Source: Phoronis australis (Eukaryota > Animalia > Phoronida). Taken from it: a stretch of DNA of 64,000 bases. Made by a program: the position numbers and the translations under genes. This document shows positions 1 through 12,900 of this stretch, one piece after another. The stretch spans positions 126,317 to 190,316 of the forward strand of contig NMRA01000479.1 of NCBI GenBank assembly GCA_002633005.1, given 5' to 3'. The notes beneath the pieces are model-generated. The model had not been told where the DNA came from. It was given only the letters and a program-made list of their open reading frames with translations, and made no database searches. Position 1 is the stretch's first letter. Every line of letters begins with the position of its first letter.

Positions 1-401
1 GTAAAAAAAATCGGATTTGACATAAAATTTCCGCGGCAAATTTCTTTCTTACCGCCGTGTTGCCGACGACTTTCACCTCGAAAAGCTCTTTATGTTTCGG
101 AGGAACGTAAATTGTCAACATTGCCGGGGCATCTGGGATAGCGTGGTGGATTTCCTCAATTGCGGCTCGTGTGATTGTAAACCGCGGCGACAAATACTAC
201 GACTCTGCAGCCAAAAATGTTTGGAGGCGGGAGTGGCGAACGAGCTAAGACAGACGCACGCTGCCGAAGGTGGTATCGTTTTTTTTTAGTCTCGATTTTT
301 GTCGGCAAAAGATCCACACCGACTTTTTCAAGGCTGCCTGCGCGCGTGTTTCGGGCCGTAAAAATTTCCGCTTTTTTCGCCATTTGCCATTCCAAGCCCT
401 G
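1..401. mobile_element. Right end of a CAGGG-terminus non-autonomous DNA transposon
   Basis: CpG-rich block ending TCCAAGCCCTG, resembling the end GTCGAGCCCTG of the 46295-47709 element. Confidence 0.4.
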
Positions 402-3060
402 AGGAGTACCAGTGTGGCCCCTAGTGGGAATTTTGTTTTTTTACGTTCGCATCTGTATCTTCAGAGTTCCTTAACCAATTTTATGAAATTTGGCAAATGT
501 ATTATCTATTAGGAAGATGACACCACTTTCAAGTTTTCGTATGGATTCGATGTGTTGGTGCCACCTAATAGCCATTTGTACTGTTTTTTTGCCGTCTGAC
601 GCTCTATATACCGAACCATTGTAAGGTTGAATATTCCTACTAGGAAAAGAACACCTGACGATGATTTTTGGACATTTCTAACTACAGTCTTCTCCAAGTG
701 GCAATTGCATCCATGGCTGTATCTCCTAAACCCTCTGCAGCTTCTTTGTTAAATTTGACGAAGGTGACAACAACTTTCGAAATCATTCAACTTCCACTGT
801 GCCCCTTAAGGTAATTTTATTATTTTTCCATTTTGCTCTTTATCATTGAAGTTCCTGGACAAACTTTTTATTGAATTTGAAAGATTTCTATTAAAAGAGG
901 TAATGACATCTTTCGTTTTCAGATGGATTTGACTTAGTGCACGCCCCCTAGTTGTCGTTTTTATGTGTCCACATATTTATGTGTGGACCCATTATGCCGT
1001 CATCTCTGTCCAGGTGGCATCCGTACGGCGTCCGTCCAGCGTCCGTCCGGCGTCCGGCATCCGCTGCTCTATCTCCAAAACCGTTTGACGTATGTTCATG
1101 AAATTTTGCACGTGTTCTTTTCATGGATGGGACAGCATGAGGGAACTTTCGGACAGATTCGAACACCAGTCTGCCCCCTAGTGCCAATTTTAGTTTTTTA
1201 CACTTACCTCTATATCTTCAAAGGTCTTCCGCGTATTTATATAAAATTTGGCATGTGGACATCTATTAGTAAGATGATGCTATCCACCCGTTTTCGGTTA
1301 GATTCGACATAATTTTGTGCCTCCTAGTGGCCATTTTTACTGTTTTCCAGTATGTTTTTAGTCATCCACCCCTCTATCAACCAATCCGCTCTAAGGATGA
1401 TTATGGAAATTGGCATGTATGTTCTTACTATGAAGGGGACGGCTGACGATGATTTTCCAACGATTTCTAGTGGCAGTTTTTTTTTGCACCTCTGGCTGTA
1501 TCTCCTGAACCGTCTGCAGGATCTTTACTAACTTTAATAAGTGCATTATTATATGATGTTGGCAAAGGATGACGACGACTTTCGGACGGATTTGGTTACT
1601 GGTGTACCCCCTGTTGGCAATTTTATTTTTTTACGTTAAACTCTGTATCTTCAAAGGTCCTCAATGTATTTTCAAAAAAATTGGCGTACATGCTTCTGTT
1701 AGTGTGGTGACGCTATCTTTTGGTTTTCAGATGGATTTGACTTAGTTTGCGCCATCTAAGAGCCATTTTTACTGTTGTTGAGTTGTTTGAGTTGTTTTTT
1801 GGCGTCCACCCCTCTATCAGCCAAATCATTCTAAGGATCCGATGTTTTTGAAAATTGGCGTTCATGTTCTCTGTGTGAAGAGGATGATTGACGATGACAA
1901 TTTTGACTACTGTGGCGCCTCCAGTGGTAGTTTTGTTTTGTTTCGTTTTGCGTCCATAGCTGTATCTCCTAAACTCACTGCTGGGTCTTTATTAAATTTA
2001 GTAAGTGTATTTATATGAAACTAACAACAGACAATGACGACTTTCAGGCGGATCCAATGAACGCTGTCCCCCCTAGTGGCAGTTTTCATTTTATTCTGTT
2101 TTCCTTTGTTGCTCTGAAGTTCCATGACAGATTTCTATGAAATTTGGTGAATAGCTTTCTATTAAAGAAGTTATGACATGTTCCCATTTTCGGATGGATT
2201 GTACGTTTTTGTGCCATCTAGTGGCCATTTTTATGACCAATAAACAACCCTAAAAGCACACCGTTTGCTATGCATTTGTGGGCGCATTTCAACGCTCTGT
2301 GTTGCTCTTGTTATTGTTTTTAATGTGTTTTGGCATCCGCATCTTTGTTGGCCAAGCCGCTCTTAGGATGATTATGAAAACTGACAACAGTCTGCAGGAT
2401 CTGTTAAATTTGGATGTTGTTTTCGTATGAAGGTGACAACAGATGACAATGACATTTGAACGGAACTGACTACTGCTGTTTCCCCTAGTGGCAATTTTAT
2501 TTTCTCGGTTTTGCTCTAATTTTGGAGTTCCTTGATGGATTTTCATTGAATTTATGTAATAAATTTCTGTTAATGAGGTAATAACAGCTTTTCTTGTTAC
2601 ACGTCTTTGTGCTCGTTTTTTGTTATGTTTTAATGGCTACTTTGTTTTTGTTATGTTTTAATGGCTACTTTGTTTTTGTTATGTTTTAATGGCTACTTTG
2701 TTTTTGTTATGTTTTAATGGCTACTTTGTTTTTGTTATGTTTTAATGGCTACTACTGTAAGTCATTATGAAAAATGGTAAATGCGCTCCTACTGAGAAGA
2801 GCATGGTTGACTTTTGGACAGTTTTGACTACTGTGGCATACCCTAGTGGCAGTTTGCTTTTTTGCATTTGTGGCTGTTTCCCTTGTTAGGATTTTTGTGA
2901 ATTTGGCATGTGCATTTCTATGAGCTGAAGAACAGATGACAAAGTTTGAATGTATCTGACTACCAACGTGCACTCCAGTGCCAGTTTTGACTTTTTTATG
3001 GTCTTGGCCAGTGTATTCCTATTGAGGAGAGCATTGGTAATTTGCTATGCACCTGCTAGA
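402..3060 (-). mobile_element. HINE/Pearl-like modular repeat, family A (core copy ~960-2312 plus degenerate flanking modules)
   Basis: Reverse-complement homolog of 57965-59250: terminal GTTGCTCTTGTT at ~2312, (CCGT)n microsatellite at ~1020-1060, hairpin at ~962-995, ~145-bp monomers with CTAGTGG. Confidence 0.7.
2617..2752. repeat. 28-bp minisatellite x~5
   Basis: TTTGTTTTTGTTATGTTTTAATGGCTAC repeated. Confidence 0.9.
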
Positions 3061-3956
3061 GCCTAATATTCTAAGTTTACTAACATTGCTCTGCTAATGT
3101 TAAAAACGGGCTGAGTCTACTACAAGACTGGCTGAGTACTGGTGGCCAACGTCTTCTTGACAAGTCAAGTGAAAATTTGTGACCTGTGCTGTAGGAGGTC
3201 ATGGAGGTTCTGTTTACCTAACGTTCACAAGCAGCAACGCCAGAAATATCTGACATAGGCAGTGCGCATGCGCAGCCAGCAGCTAACTATTCCTCCACAG
3301 AAATACACACAAGAAGGGGTTTTCCAAGGAATTTTGATTTAGGGGAGACAACTCTTGCAATTTGCCGATAGCTAGCGAGAAAAACACAGATCTAAGGATT
3401 CATTATGCTGAATATTGGTGAAGATTTTTCGGTGTCCATTGAAGTTTGAAGTTTGCCCATGTTGATAGTACACAGTCAATCGCCCGGAAGGCAAATTTTG
3501 AGCCCAAACTCATTTTCAAATCAAATCTGTGGAGAGTATAATTCAGTTCCCTTGTTTGCCGATAGCGGAGGTCACGAACAGTGTGACCTAGATATCACAA
3601 TAGCTGTTTTCAAACGAATTTTCTGAAAAAAAACGGTGTCCAATAGGGTGTTGAAAGCGGGTTTGCGGCCAGAAATGTAAAAAGTTGTCACTTAAAGTTT
3701 CGTGATCTGTAGTACGATTTTCAAGCCCTAAAGAGGAAGATTTAGCCTGGAATGATTATGTTCATTCCCAGTAGTGCAACAAGAAGCATGTCGGTCATGT
3801 ATTTTGCTAAAAAATGAATTCTGAAATTGTTGCACATAGAGCACTTCACGAGAGGCAGTTAGCTTAAGGTTGTACTAGTCCTTTTTAACATTATATTTCT
3901 GTTTTTAATTTATGCTGTGTTGAAGGTATCACATTTATTAAAAAAGAACTCATACC

Positions 3957-4308
3957 CATAGACGGATCCATGGAATTAAGATGATGGGGCCCCGACCTCA
4001 ATTTCCGAAGGATAAACCTTCCTAATAGCCTTGCAAGGGGCGTGACGTCAATTTTTGTAGGAAAAACCCTCGCGAGATCCCTGAAAACGAAAGGTCGGCG
4101 CCATTTTTTAATCGTGTGCAGAATGAGGGAGCCCTGGGCCCCCTCGGACCCCCCTATATCCATCTATGCAGCGTACCGTCACAGTTTGATAGGCGGATCC
4201 AGGGGGGTAAAAGGGTTCCAGATCCCTTTGTCCCTTGATTTTGTCCTAGAATTTTCGAATTGTTGATTTGAACCCATTTTTTAAAAAAAAAACCTGGATC
4301 CGACCCTG
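3957..4308. mobile_element. Two adjacent small MITE-like elements with GGATCC-containing termini
   Basis: CATAGACGGATC...ATCCATCTATG (3957-4168) and AGGCGGATCCAGG...CCTGGATCCGACC (4191-4308). Confidence 0.45.
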
Positions 4309-6979
4309 CGTTTGGTTTCAAAACAGATTGTGCTGGTGAGTGTTCAGATAAATAATAGGGAACGAAATTTTATCATTCCGGAATCAGTAGTAGGTATCAG
4401 AAATGGCTAAGGATTTCAGGAACTGAAAACGACATGTCAATGCCATTTTTATCATGTGCGAAAGGGAAGCCTAAATCCACTTATGGAGTGTAAAGTTTGT
4501 TTTCAAAACAGATAGCACCGGTAAATGTACAGCAACAGAAACAGGAGTTCATATAGTAGCCAGAAAAAAAAACAAATGAGTAATTTTTGTTCAAAACTTT
4601 ATTTTTTATAACGATAAACATACAAAATGCCACCCAATGCTGCTTTAAATACCAGTGTTCAGATTTGAATAGTAAATGACTAGCATGGAAGATTTAGCCA
4701 GTTCATATGACATATTTGCATGCAATAAGAGATTGTTGCGAAAACAGCAACATCACTTAGCACGAAATGAACATCATAAATGAATACAAAAAATGCAAAT
4801 GTTACAAATTTCTACCACGAGGAATAACTGAATTTCAACACATGTGAAAATTGTCATAAGAGATCAAGCAAAAAAATAAAATCTAGTGGAAAATATATAA
4901 ACACTTCTTCCATACAACTATAACTTTTGTACGGTGTCATAGATGACATCTGATGCACTTCAAAAATAAAAAAATAAAACAAATATATTCATGCCAGTCC
5001 TCGACACAGGCGGAAATGCCTGCTCGAAAATACGAGTGACCGCATATTCTGCACTCGTATTTCCCGCCGGATTTGGGCTCGCAAAAAGTGACGACCTAAA
5101 AAAATGCTGAACGTTCTTTCCGTGCCTTTTAGAATGTACGGGAGAGGTCAATTTCCCATTCATACTTAACTTTTTCAATCGTATTTTCGAGCAAGTAAAT
5201 GCTTAATTATGTCGAACCCTGCATGCAATGAATATGGCGGGATGATATATACCGACTTGACCCTAACTAAGATTGTAATCATCTACCAATGGTCACTACA
5301 ATACTGCGAAAAGTGCTCTTTTTGACCGCCTCTTGATTTTGAGAGGGAGCAATAGCTTGGTTTACAGAGGAGCTAAGTCTGGTGTTAAAGGCACTCTGGT
5401 TCCCTGGCTGCAGTCTCTCTGGTGAATTATGTAATCAAAAGGTCCAGCTAACCTAAAAATAAAAGCAATGTATCAGCAGCAGAATCTCAAGCTTTATAGA
5501 ACAAATCAACCACATCCGCATTTTGTTAGTCTGAATGAAAATTAATTTGTTTTGCAGCATAATGCCATAATGCTGACCTAAAGACATTCTAGTACTATTT
5601 TAAGCCTGGAGACTGAGGTCAGACAGCTGTGCTTGTGTTGGAAGTTTAATAGTACATACGTGCAGAAAGTGTAACAGACGTAATAAGGCTACCGTATATT
5701 AAAACACATTTCACGGACCATTACAACTATAAAATAGTTAATATTAATAAATCGACAGTAAAATCATTAAGTAATTGTCTGCAGCAACAACTCGGTTGGT
5801 CAGTCACTGAAGTGAATCAGCTGAGCTGTGCCGCTACACCAGCTATGCGTGGCATGTTTAAACTCACTGTTTTCGATTTTCCTCACGCTATGACACGTTC
5901 AACTTGCCGAAATTCCTTGCCCACAGTCTTGACGTGCTTCGGTAGTTTAGATTCTGTGATATCAATATCAGATTCCACCAAACTTTTAAGTTAATTTCAA
6001 TTCTTGTCGATCACCTCCTTCGTGAGTGTAAACGCAAAACAAGGGAACTGACCTCTGACCTAGACTGTCATTGGCAAACACTCGCACGACGATCGCCACC
6101 TTGCGGATGGCCTAGTTCACGAATTTCTGGTGATGGTCATCATTCAGTCCTGGAGTTGGGTTTTGTTGAACTAACATTCACAACCACCCGTCATTAATTT
6201 GATTTGATATGCTAGTATAAATTTTTGACATTTTAGCATAACATTGATGTCAACTGAATGTTCATGCTTGTAATTATCATGTGTTGACAGATATTTTAAT
6301 TTCACTGTTTTTCAGATGTATACCAGGGTAACATGTTTGTGAATCTGAACAGTATTGTAAAGGAGATTATTATTGGTCTCTTTGGGGAACAGGTACACCT
6401 TCCTTATGTCTTATTCATAGTTAAACGTCTTATAAAACTTGACTGTGATTTGAGTTGACCATAAATTCTTTTCATCGTTTCTTGACATGAAAAGAACTGA
6501 CATTATGGGTGAATTTCCTTGTATTTCTCAACTATGCGTACTTTTCAACATGAAATATATTTTTACAGTAACTTAAAATCAGTCAGGTTTGTGCACACAA
6601 CCATTTTTCAGTGATTCACAGAAGCTGGTGGTTTTCAATCTCCTTGGGCTGTTGAATGTGTTTAGACCTAGTGAACCTTCTGTTTATATCGTTTATTATA
6701 TTCTTGCTCAAGGTAATTCAGTTGAATCGACATCACCTGACATTAGCAGATGATTTCTTCATCCAGTCAATGCAGACCAACTACTAAAGATAACTAGACA
6801 GGTTTCCATCATCAGCTTGGTACTGGGCTGTGGTTCTTTAAGTCATTAAATATTTCATGCAATAAAATCAATAAAAATGGTTTTCTTCACCCATTTGGCA
6901 GTCCACCATTTTAGAAACTATTGTCAAGGTCGTCACCTGGTTACCAACTGTATTCAATTACTGTTCATTGTCAGATTGC

Positions 6980-7150
6980 CAAGCAGTGGTGAATGTAGGT
7001 CACTAAGCAGTGGTGAATGTAGGTCACTAAGCAGTGGTGAATGTAGGTCACTAAGCAGTGGTGAATGTCGGTCGCTAAGCAGTGGTGAATGTCTGTTGCT
7101 AAGCAGTGGTGAATGTCGATCGCTAAGCAGTTGTGAGTGTCCGTCACTAT
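6980..7150. repeat. 24-bp minisatellite x~7
   Basis: CTAAGCAGTGGTGAATGTAGGTCA repeated. Confidence 0.9.
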
Positions 7151-7225
7151 GCAAACAGCATGAAGATTGAAAGGAGATAAAAAGGGTTGTTCAATGAGAG
7201 GAAAAGTTCATAAAATTTTAATCTG

Positions 7226-8050
7226 ATTACTTGGCGAAATTTATGTTGCTCTTCCACTAAGTTTGTTTTTTTAATTTTTAAAATTTTTTTTTCTTCGCAC
7301 TATACAGGTCGCAATTTTCGTCTGATCATCACGAAATTTACACATAACACGTACTTTCGGAAGTACTGGAAGCATATTGTTTTTCGTCAAAATCGGATCC
7401 AAGATGGCGGCTGTGGTGGCCATTTTGTTTTCATTTAAAGGTTCAAATGCTTCTGGAGGCTACGATTTTTTACGTAAAAGGCTAAGAATCGGCACAGTAA
7501 CTGGACCAAAAGTTTTCTACAAGTATACCGGAAATTGATTACTTCCGGTTAAAGTTGGCGGAAATATCGGCGATCGCGCATGTGCACCTCGATTTTGGCC
7601 TAAAAACGTTTTCTCCTGTAGAGGGCGCATTATAAGACCAATTCATTTGAATTTTTACAGGTATTAGTTTCTTATGAAATGCTGTTACACAAAGCCAAAA
7701 AACCGGAAGTTGCTTTCAAGGTGGCGGATGTGGCGCATGTTGACCCATTTTCAGTCGTGCTGGAGTGCGATTTTAAACGGGAAGAGAAAAAGACGTGATT
7801 TTTTGCATGTGGATTCTTTGAAGTATATTCCTTCAAATGGCCTATAACAATTTTTCTCTCAGACTTACCGTTTTCTAGTTATTTGACTTTGAATTTCTTA
7901 AAAAAAAACGCAAAATTTCGAAAAATTTACGGAATTAGGCGATACCATTAGTTTAGATAGAATTTTGAACGGGCTTTCAGAAGATGTTTTTCATTTTTCG
8001 CTAGGACGTCTACTTTTCGAGTTATTTGAGATTTTCTGATAACCCTGTTC
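7226..8050 (-). mobile_element. HINE-like dispersed repeat, family B
   Basis: Reverse-complement homolog of 42770-43543 (shared TACTTGGCG terminus, ACAGGTCGCAATTTTCG, AAAACGTTTTCTCCTGTAGA, TTATTTGACTTTGAATTTC). Confidence 0.7.
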
Positions 8051-8159
8051 CTTTGTTGAGCGCTCTTGCTGCATTGATGTTGGTTTATCTTCTATTGAAC
8101 TAGACTGTAGCCTATTTCTTATTGATTTATGACATCTAAGTTCATCATATGAATGTTGT

Positions 8160-8420
8160 GATGTTGTTCATCATCGCCACCACCATCATCATATTCTTCA
8201 TCGTCATCATCTTCGTCATCATCTCCGTCGTTGTCTTTTCCGTTAAATTCGCCAAGTGTCGCTCAAGACTGTAGCCTTTTTCTTACTGATTTCGGACTTC
8301 TACGTTCGTCATGTGTATGTTATTATTACTTCTTTTATCCATCCTCGCCACCAGCGTCGTCATATTCGTCATCTTCGTCATCATCTTTATCGTCATCTTT
8401 TTCGTTAATTTCGCCAAGTT
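8160..8420. repeat. Degenerate (TCA/TCG)n microsatellite within a ~170-bp duplicated block
   Basis: AGACTGTAGCC...CGTTAA.TTCGCCAAG occurs twice around TCRTCR runs. Confidence 0.7.
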
Positions 8421-9775
8421 TCGCTCCTTGGAGCGCTTTCATTTTAAAATATTGTTCATCTCCCTTGATCCAGAGACATATAGTTGTTTAACTTGTGCAT
8501 TGCATATTCATTTTTACGAACAATCAGATTTTTGAATGGCGATGAAGTTTTCATGGCAGGATTAGTTTGTGGTGGTCATTTTGAGCTAGACTACGAGTGG
8601 TGGGGCCAAAAAAGAACATGGCGGGGCGAAAAAGGAATGCGGCAGGGCCAAAAAGGAACATGGCGTGGCCAAAAATTAAAGGAACATGGCGAACCGCCCA
8701 GATTTTTACTCATTAGGGAAACACTAGGGTATTTAACTGAAATTAGAATTGTGTATTGATTAAGCTCCATCTTAGTAAAAAGTTGTTCTGAACTGCAGTG
8801 ATTTCACCAGCATGTCTAGTATAATATGAAATTATATGTAGTTGCTATCCTGTTAAAATTATTCCTTTTTTATCCTTTAGTGTTATGCCCAGTGATTTCT
8901 GTATTTTTCCTTTAAGTTAAAGCGTGCTGTGAATCATTTCAGAAACTAACAGTTGCAATGTATGACTTCCAAGCATGGGCCGAGGACAATGCTAGACTTA
9001 TCGAATCAGTCTTCAACTGTCAAGAGTGGAGGGTATTTTTTAATATTAATTACGAAAAATGCAATAAAAAGAGTTAAGCCCAGAAAGCGCTAGAAAGCAT
9101 TATATGTTGGCGTAGTTTTACTGGTAGTTCAGTTCAGTCACATATTGTTAGTTTTTTTGAAAGGGCAAGCTTCATTATGTTTTTGTTATTATCTTTATGT
9201 AAGAGTAGAGAGTGTGTCATGTTTTATAAAGACATGCATTAGAAATGTTGCGCTACTTGATATTTTGTGTTTTGTAGTAGTTAAAAGCTTCTTTCAAAGG
9301 GTCTTCATTATGTTTTGCATATTCAAAGTGTGGCTGTGTTTGCATGCGTACATACTAGTACATTCAGAGGCCCCAAATGCTAAAACAGTGTGACAAAAAT
9401 ACGTAATGCCTATGACCTGTACACAGGGGGCACTAGCAGTGCACTGTACACGTGCCTGGCGAAGAATTGCACTATCCTAGTTTTGTTGGTTTGGGGTGCC
9501 CATCCCTTAATGCGTTTCAAATAAGTGTAAGTGAAATTCCCTGAATTCCTTTGACAAAAGCATAGTGTGATTTTCTTTGTGTGACAAACTGACTGCAAAC
9601 TGTTTGTGTTGTCAAGTGTTATACAACATATAAATCATGCTGTTTTATATCTATTTTTATTTGTAGTAGTAGAATTTGGCATTCCTTATCCCTGGATGTT
9701 CTAGCATTGTTCCTAAAGGTTTTCTGTTGTCAATGTTGATCAAAACATTTTCAGAGACAGGCTGAACTGAGGAAT

Positions 9776-9974
9776 ATGAACGGTATCAGTAAATCCCTGT
9801 TGTCTGCCAGTCGACGGATGTTCTACTCCTGGAAGCAACTCTCTGATTGGCCGGATGAAAAGGTTCCATGTTCACGATGTAAGCATGCCACGTGCCTCTA
9901 CGATGGTCGTATTTATATGTATGGTGGCCGTGATATGACGATGGGATTGAAGGATCTATGGTCATATTCCTTAG
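9776..9974 (+). CDS. Kelch gene coding exon 1
   Basis: MNGISK...PCSRCKHATCLYDGRIYMYGGRD...DLWSYSL; donor G|GTAGG; upstream acceptor ttttcag at 9754 suggests a 5'UTR intron. Confidence 0.85.
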
Positions 9975-12900
9975 GTAGGCTATAGCATGATTTGTTTTCT
10001 TCTTTGTTTTATTTTAATATTTTTATGATGGTAACCTCATCAGCACCAAGCAGTGCTTTCCCCAAGTGCCCTCAGCACTGACTTCACACCACATTTCATT
10101 CACTCCTTTTCACAAATTTGAATTTAGACCTAAGCTGGGCACTCGATAATTAAGTAACAATACCATTAGTAAAATAGTCAATGTCTGCCAGCTAACCTAG
10201 GACTTGAACTAGGGAATAACAAATCCACAAAGTGAGACACTACACCTGGTCGTCCAGTATATTTTCCTGTGTATTTAGTAAATTAAAGTGAAAAAAAACT
10301 GGTTTGAAGTTAGGCTTTAATGTGCAGTTTTTCTTCATGTGTTTAGTCGTCTCAAATGAGTTGTCACAAAATGTACCTCATGGCGACAGACGTACCTTAA
10401 CTTTAAAAAAAAATGAAGAAACCGACTTTCCAACGGTTGTTATGCATGATCCGGGCCTGGTGTCTAATTTTTGGTTCTGAAATCAAACTTATTTTTGGAC
10501 ATTTTCTGTTCTTAGTAGAAACTCAAGATGATTTATATTCTAGAGTATGTTGCGGTTTACATACAGATGAGTGACTGTCTTGTTCAAGTTCACACTTGTT
10601 GACCCCTAGATCTGAGCTATACTTCGTGTCAGAATAAATATTGATGAAGTTATTAGTAAGAATAGATCCATTTTAAGTTGACCAAAATTTGTGCATATGT
10701 ACTTTTAAATCATGGGGTCAAACTTGTTGACATGTACTTTAACGTAAAAATCTTTTTTAAATGGTGTTTACTACTTTGGGTTCTGGGGTCAAAGCACTCT
10801 AGAGATTCTTAAAAATTCTGAGAACAAATTGTAACAGCTAATTAGCTGATTAGATAAGATCATGTGGTTTTTATTAGCCAATCACTAAATATTTAAGTAG
10901 AATATTGTAATATGGGTTAAAATCAACAAGATATTCAGATGACCTATAGTAGTTGAAGCATAGAGACTTGCTACAGTGTACAGAGGAAATTGTACAACAG
11001 AGCCATCTCGTGGAAGATTCTAGAAAGGATCTTGGCAAGGGCGAGGGTTAACGAACAGGAAGTTAACTAAGAGCTTGTCACTTCCATCGTGAGTAGTAAG
11101 ATACTACCTGAAGTGTTGCGTCACCAGCCAGAGACTGTGACCAGCAAGAAGAATCGCGGGTAGAAGAAATTGCCTGCAAGTGTTGCATCACCAGAGACGG
11201 TGACCAGCAAGTACACTGTCACTATACAGTATGTGTAGTTCGAACATTCACCAACAGGACAGGTGTCCAACAAGTGGAGAGTCTTAGCTTGGATAGCAGA
11301 TAAGACATTTGATTATTTTGGTTGATTGATTGAAGTAATCTTTAAAGAGGGCGCTAGTGTAGTTACTCTTCATTGTAGTTGATTACTTAATTAACAGTTG
11401 GTTTCACTTGTCTAATTAGGGCTTATCATATAATAAATTAATTACTGGATTTGATAATTCACTTTCCATATACACACAATCTCAAAGCATAGCTACCTTT
11501 TAAACAAACCCACAGTCAATCGTCTGACAGTTCACATCTGATGACCCCTAGCTCTGAACTACAGTTCACACTTGGTGACTCCTCGATCTGAACTACAGTT
11601 CACACTTGATTACCCCTAGATCTGAGCTATAATTCGTACTTGATGGCCCCTAGATCTGAGCTATAAGCTCGAGTGAAAGCACAAGATTTGGAGTCAAAAC
11701 TCAAAACTTCGAATTCAGACTCGAACTTATTCCTTTAACGTTATGGTCATCAAGTACAAACTAGGAATTGACAGTCATCCCCGTAAGCCATAGTGTACTG
11801 TATGAGATATCTTGAGTTGAAAATAAGTTTGATTTTGAGTACAAAAAGTAGATCTTGGGGCCCTCTTTGTGTTGTCAGAAGAAACATTGTATTTGTTTTA
11901 CACAACTAATGATATATTTTATTTCTAGCCAGTGACAGCTGGGAACAAATTGAGGTCATAGGTGAAAGGCCATCTTTGTTAGAAGGTCACACAATTGTGC
12001 CATATAAGGTAAAGGCTTCAATAGTCAATTGTTTTCCAGTGCATAATGCTTTTCGATTGCTTTTGTTATGTCACGTTTATCTCATTTACGGGTGTGCACA
12101 GGTTGTTACTGACCGGTGCTAATAGCTTTCGTTGTGACAGTAGACTTCAAATTGGTTCGAGTTAATCACTTTTTATTCTCGACCGTATGTTCATAAGTTT
12201 ACTCAAACAAGCTGTCTGATGCAATGTCTGGTCTATGCTCCAGCCAGTGCAACGAAGCCTTGACTTGTGATGAACTTCTGACACACTTCCAGCAACTGTT
12301 ACACTCATTGATTCAACAACCTGCTGTCTCAATAGCTGCCACTCTATTGACTAACACTTTTCAGTAACAATTTCATTTCAGGTTTGTGGAAGGTAGGCGG
12401 GAAGGTGATCTAAGGCACTGTGACTTGTCCTCTGTAAAAACTGAAATGTTTTGCTAGTTTGCTTTTCTTTGACATACTACAAAGATATATCCTGTTTGTA
12501 ACTGACACGACTGGAATGAACTTAACTTTAACATATTGCAATATATATCCCATTGTAGCTGATGCGACTGGAATGAACTTAACTTTAACATAAGACACAC
12601 TAAATGGATCTTGTTTGTAGCTGATATGACTGGAATGAGTTTTCCAAGTCTTATAATATCTAAAAATTTAGAAATATGTGTAAATATTTTAGCAAAGTAG
12701 AAGAAAGACGTCAAACTTAAATCACTTCACAAAAACCTAGAATGGGTGAATTGTTTATTGAGTGTTAAATTAATTTTGTAATTGTTCTCGCATATGCTGT
12801 GACGGAGACCTTACACTGATTTACTTGACTGTGTGCATTAATGTTGTTGATGTATACATGATTGTCTGTATGTTGTGATAGGGGCACTGAATCTTATTTA

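Noticed and set aside
3281-3867. Possible Kolobok-like MITE (AGCTAACT...AGTTAGCT-TAA)
   Set aside because: TIR short and imperfect, with TTAA on one side only.
6877-7170. Repetitive ORFs here and at 24815, 27827, 48660, 51291 and 51954
   Set aside because: Translations of minisatellites with no splice or homology support.
10030-10255. tRNA gene or tRNA-derived SINE head on the - strand
   Set aside because: Only a B-box-like GTTCAAGTCC is visible; no cloverleaf or clear A box.
12060-12440. Possible decayed transposase fragment
   Set aside because: Multiple stops in the frames I read and no recognisable motif.
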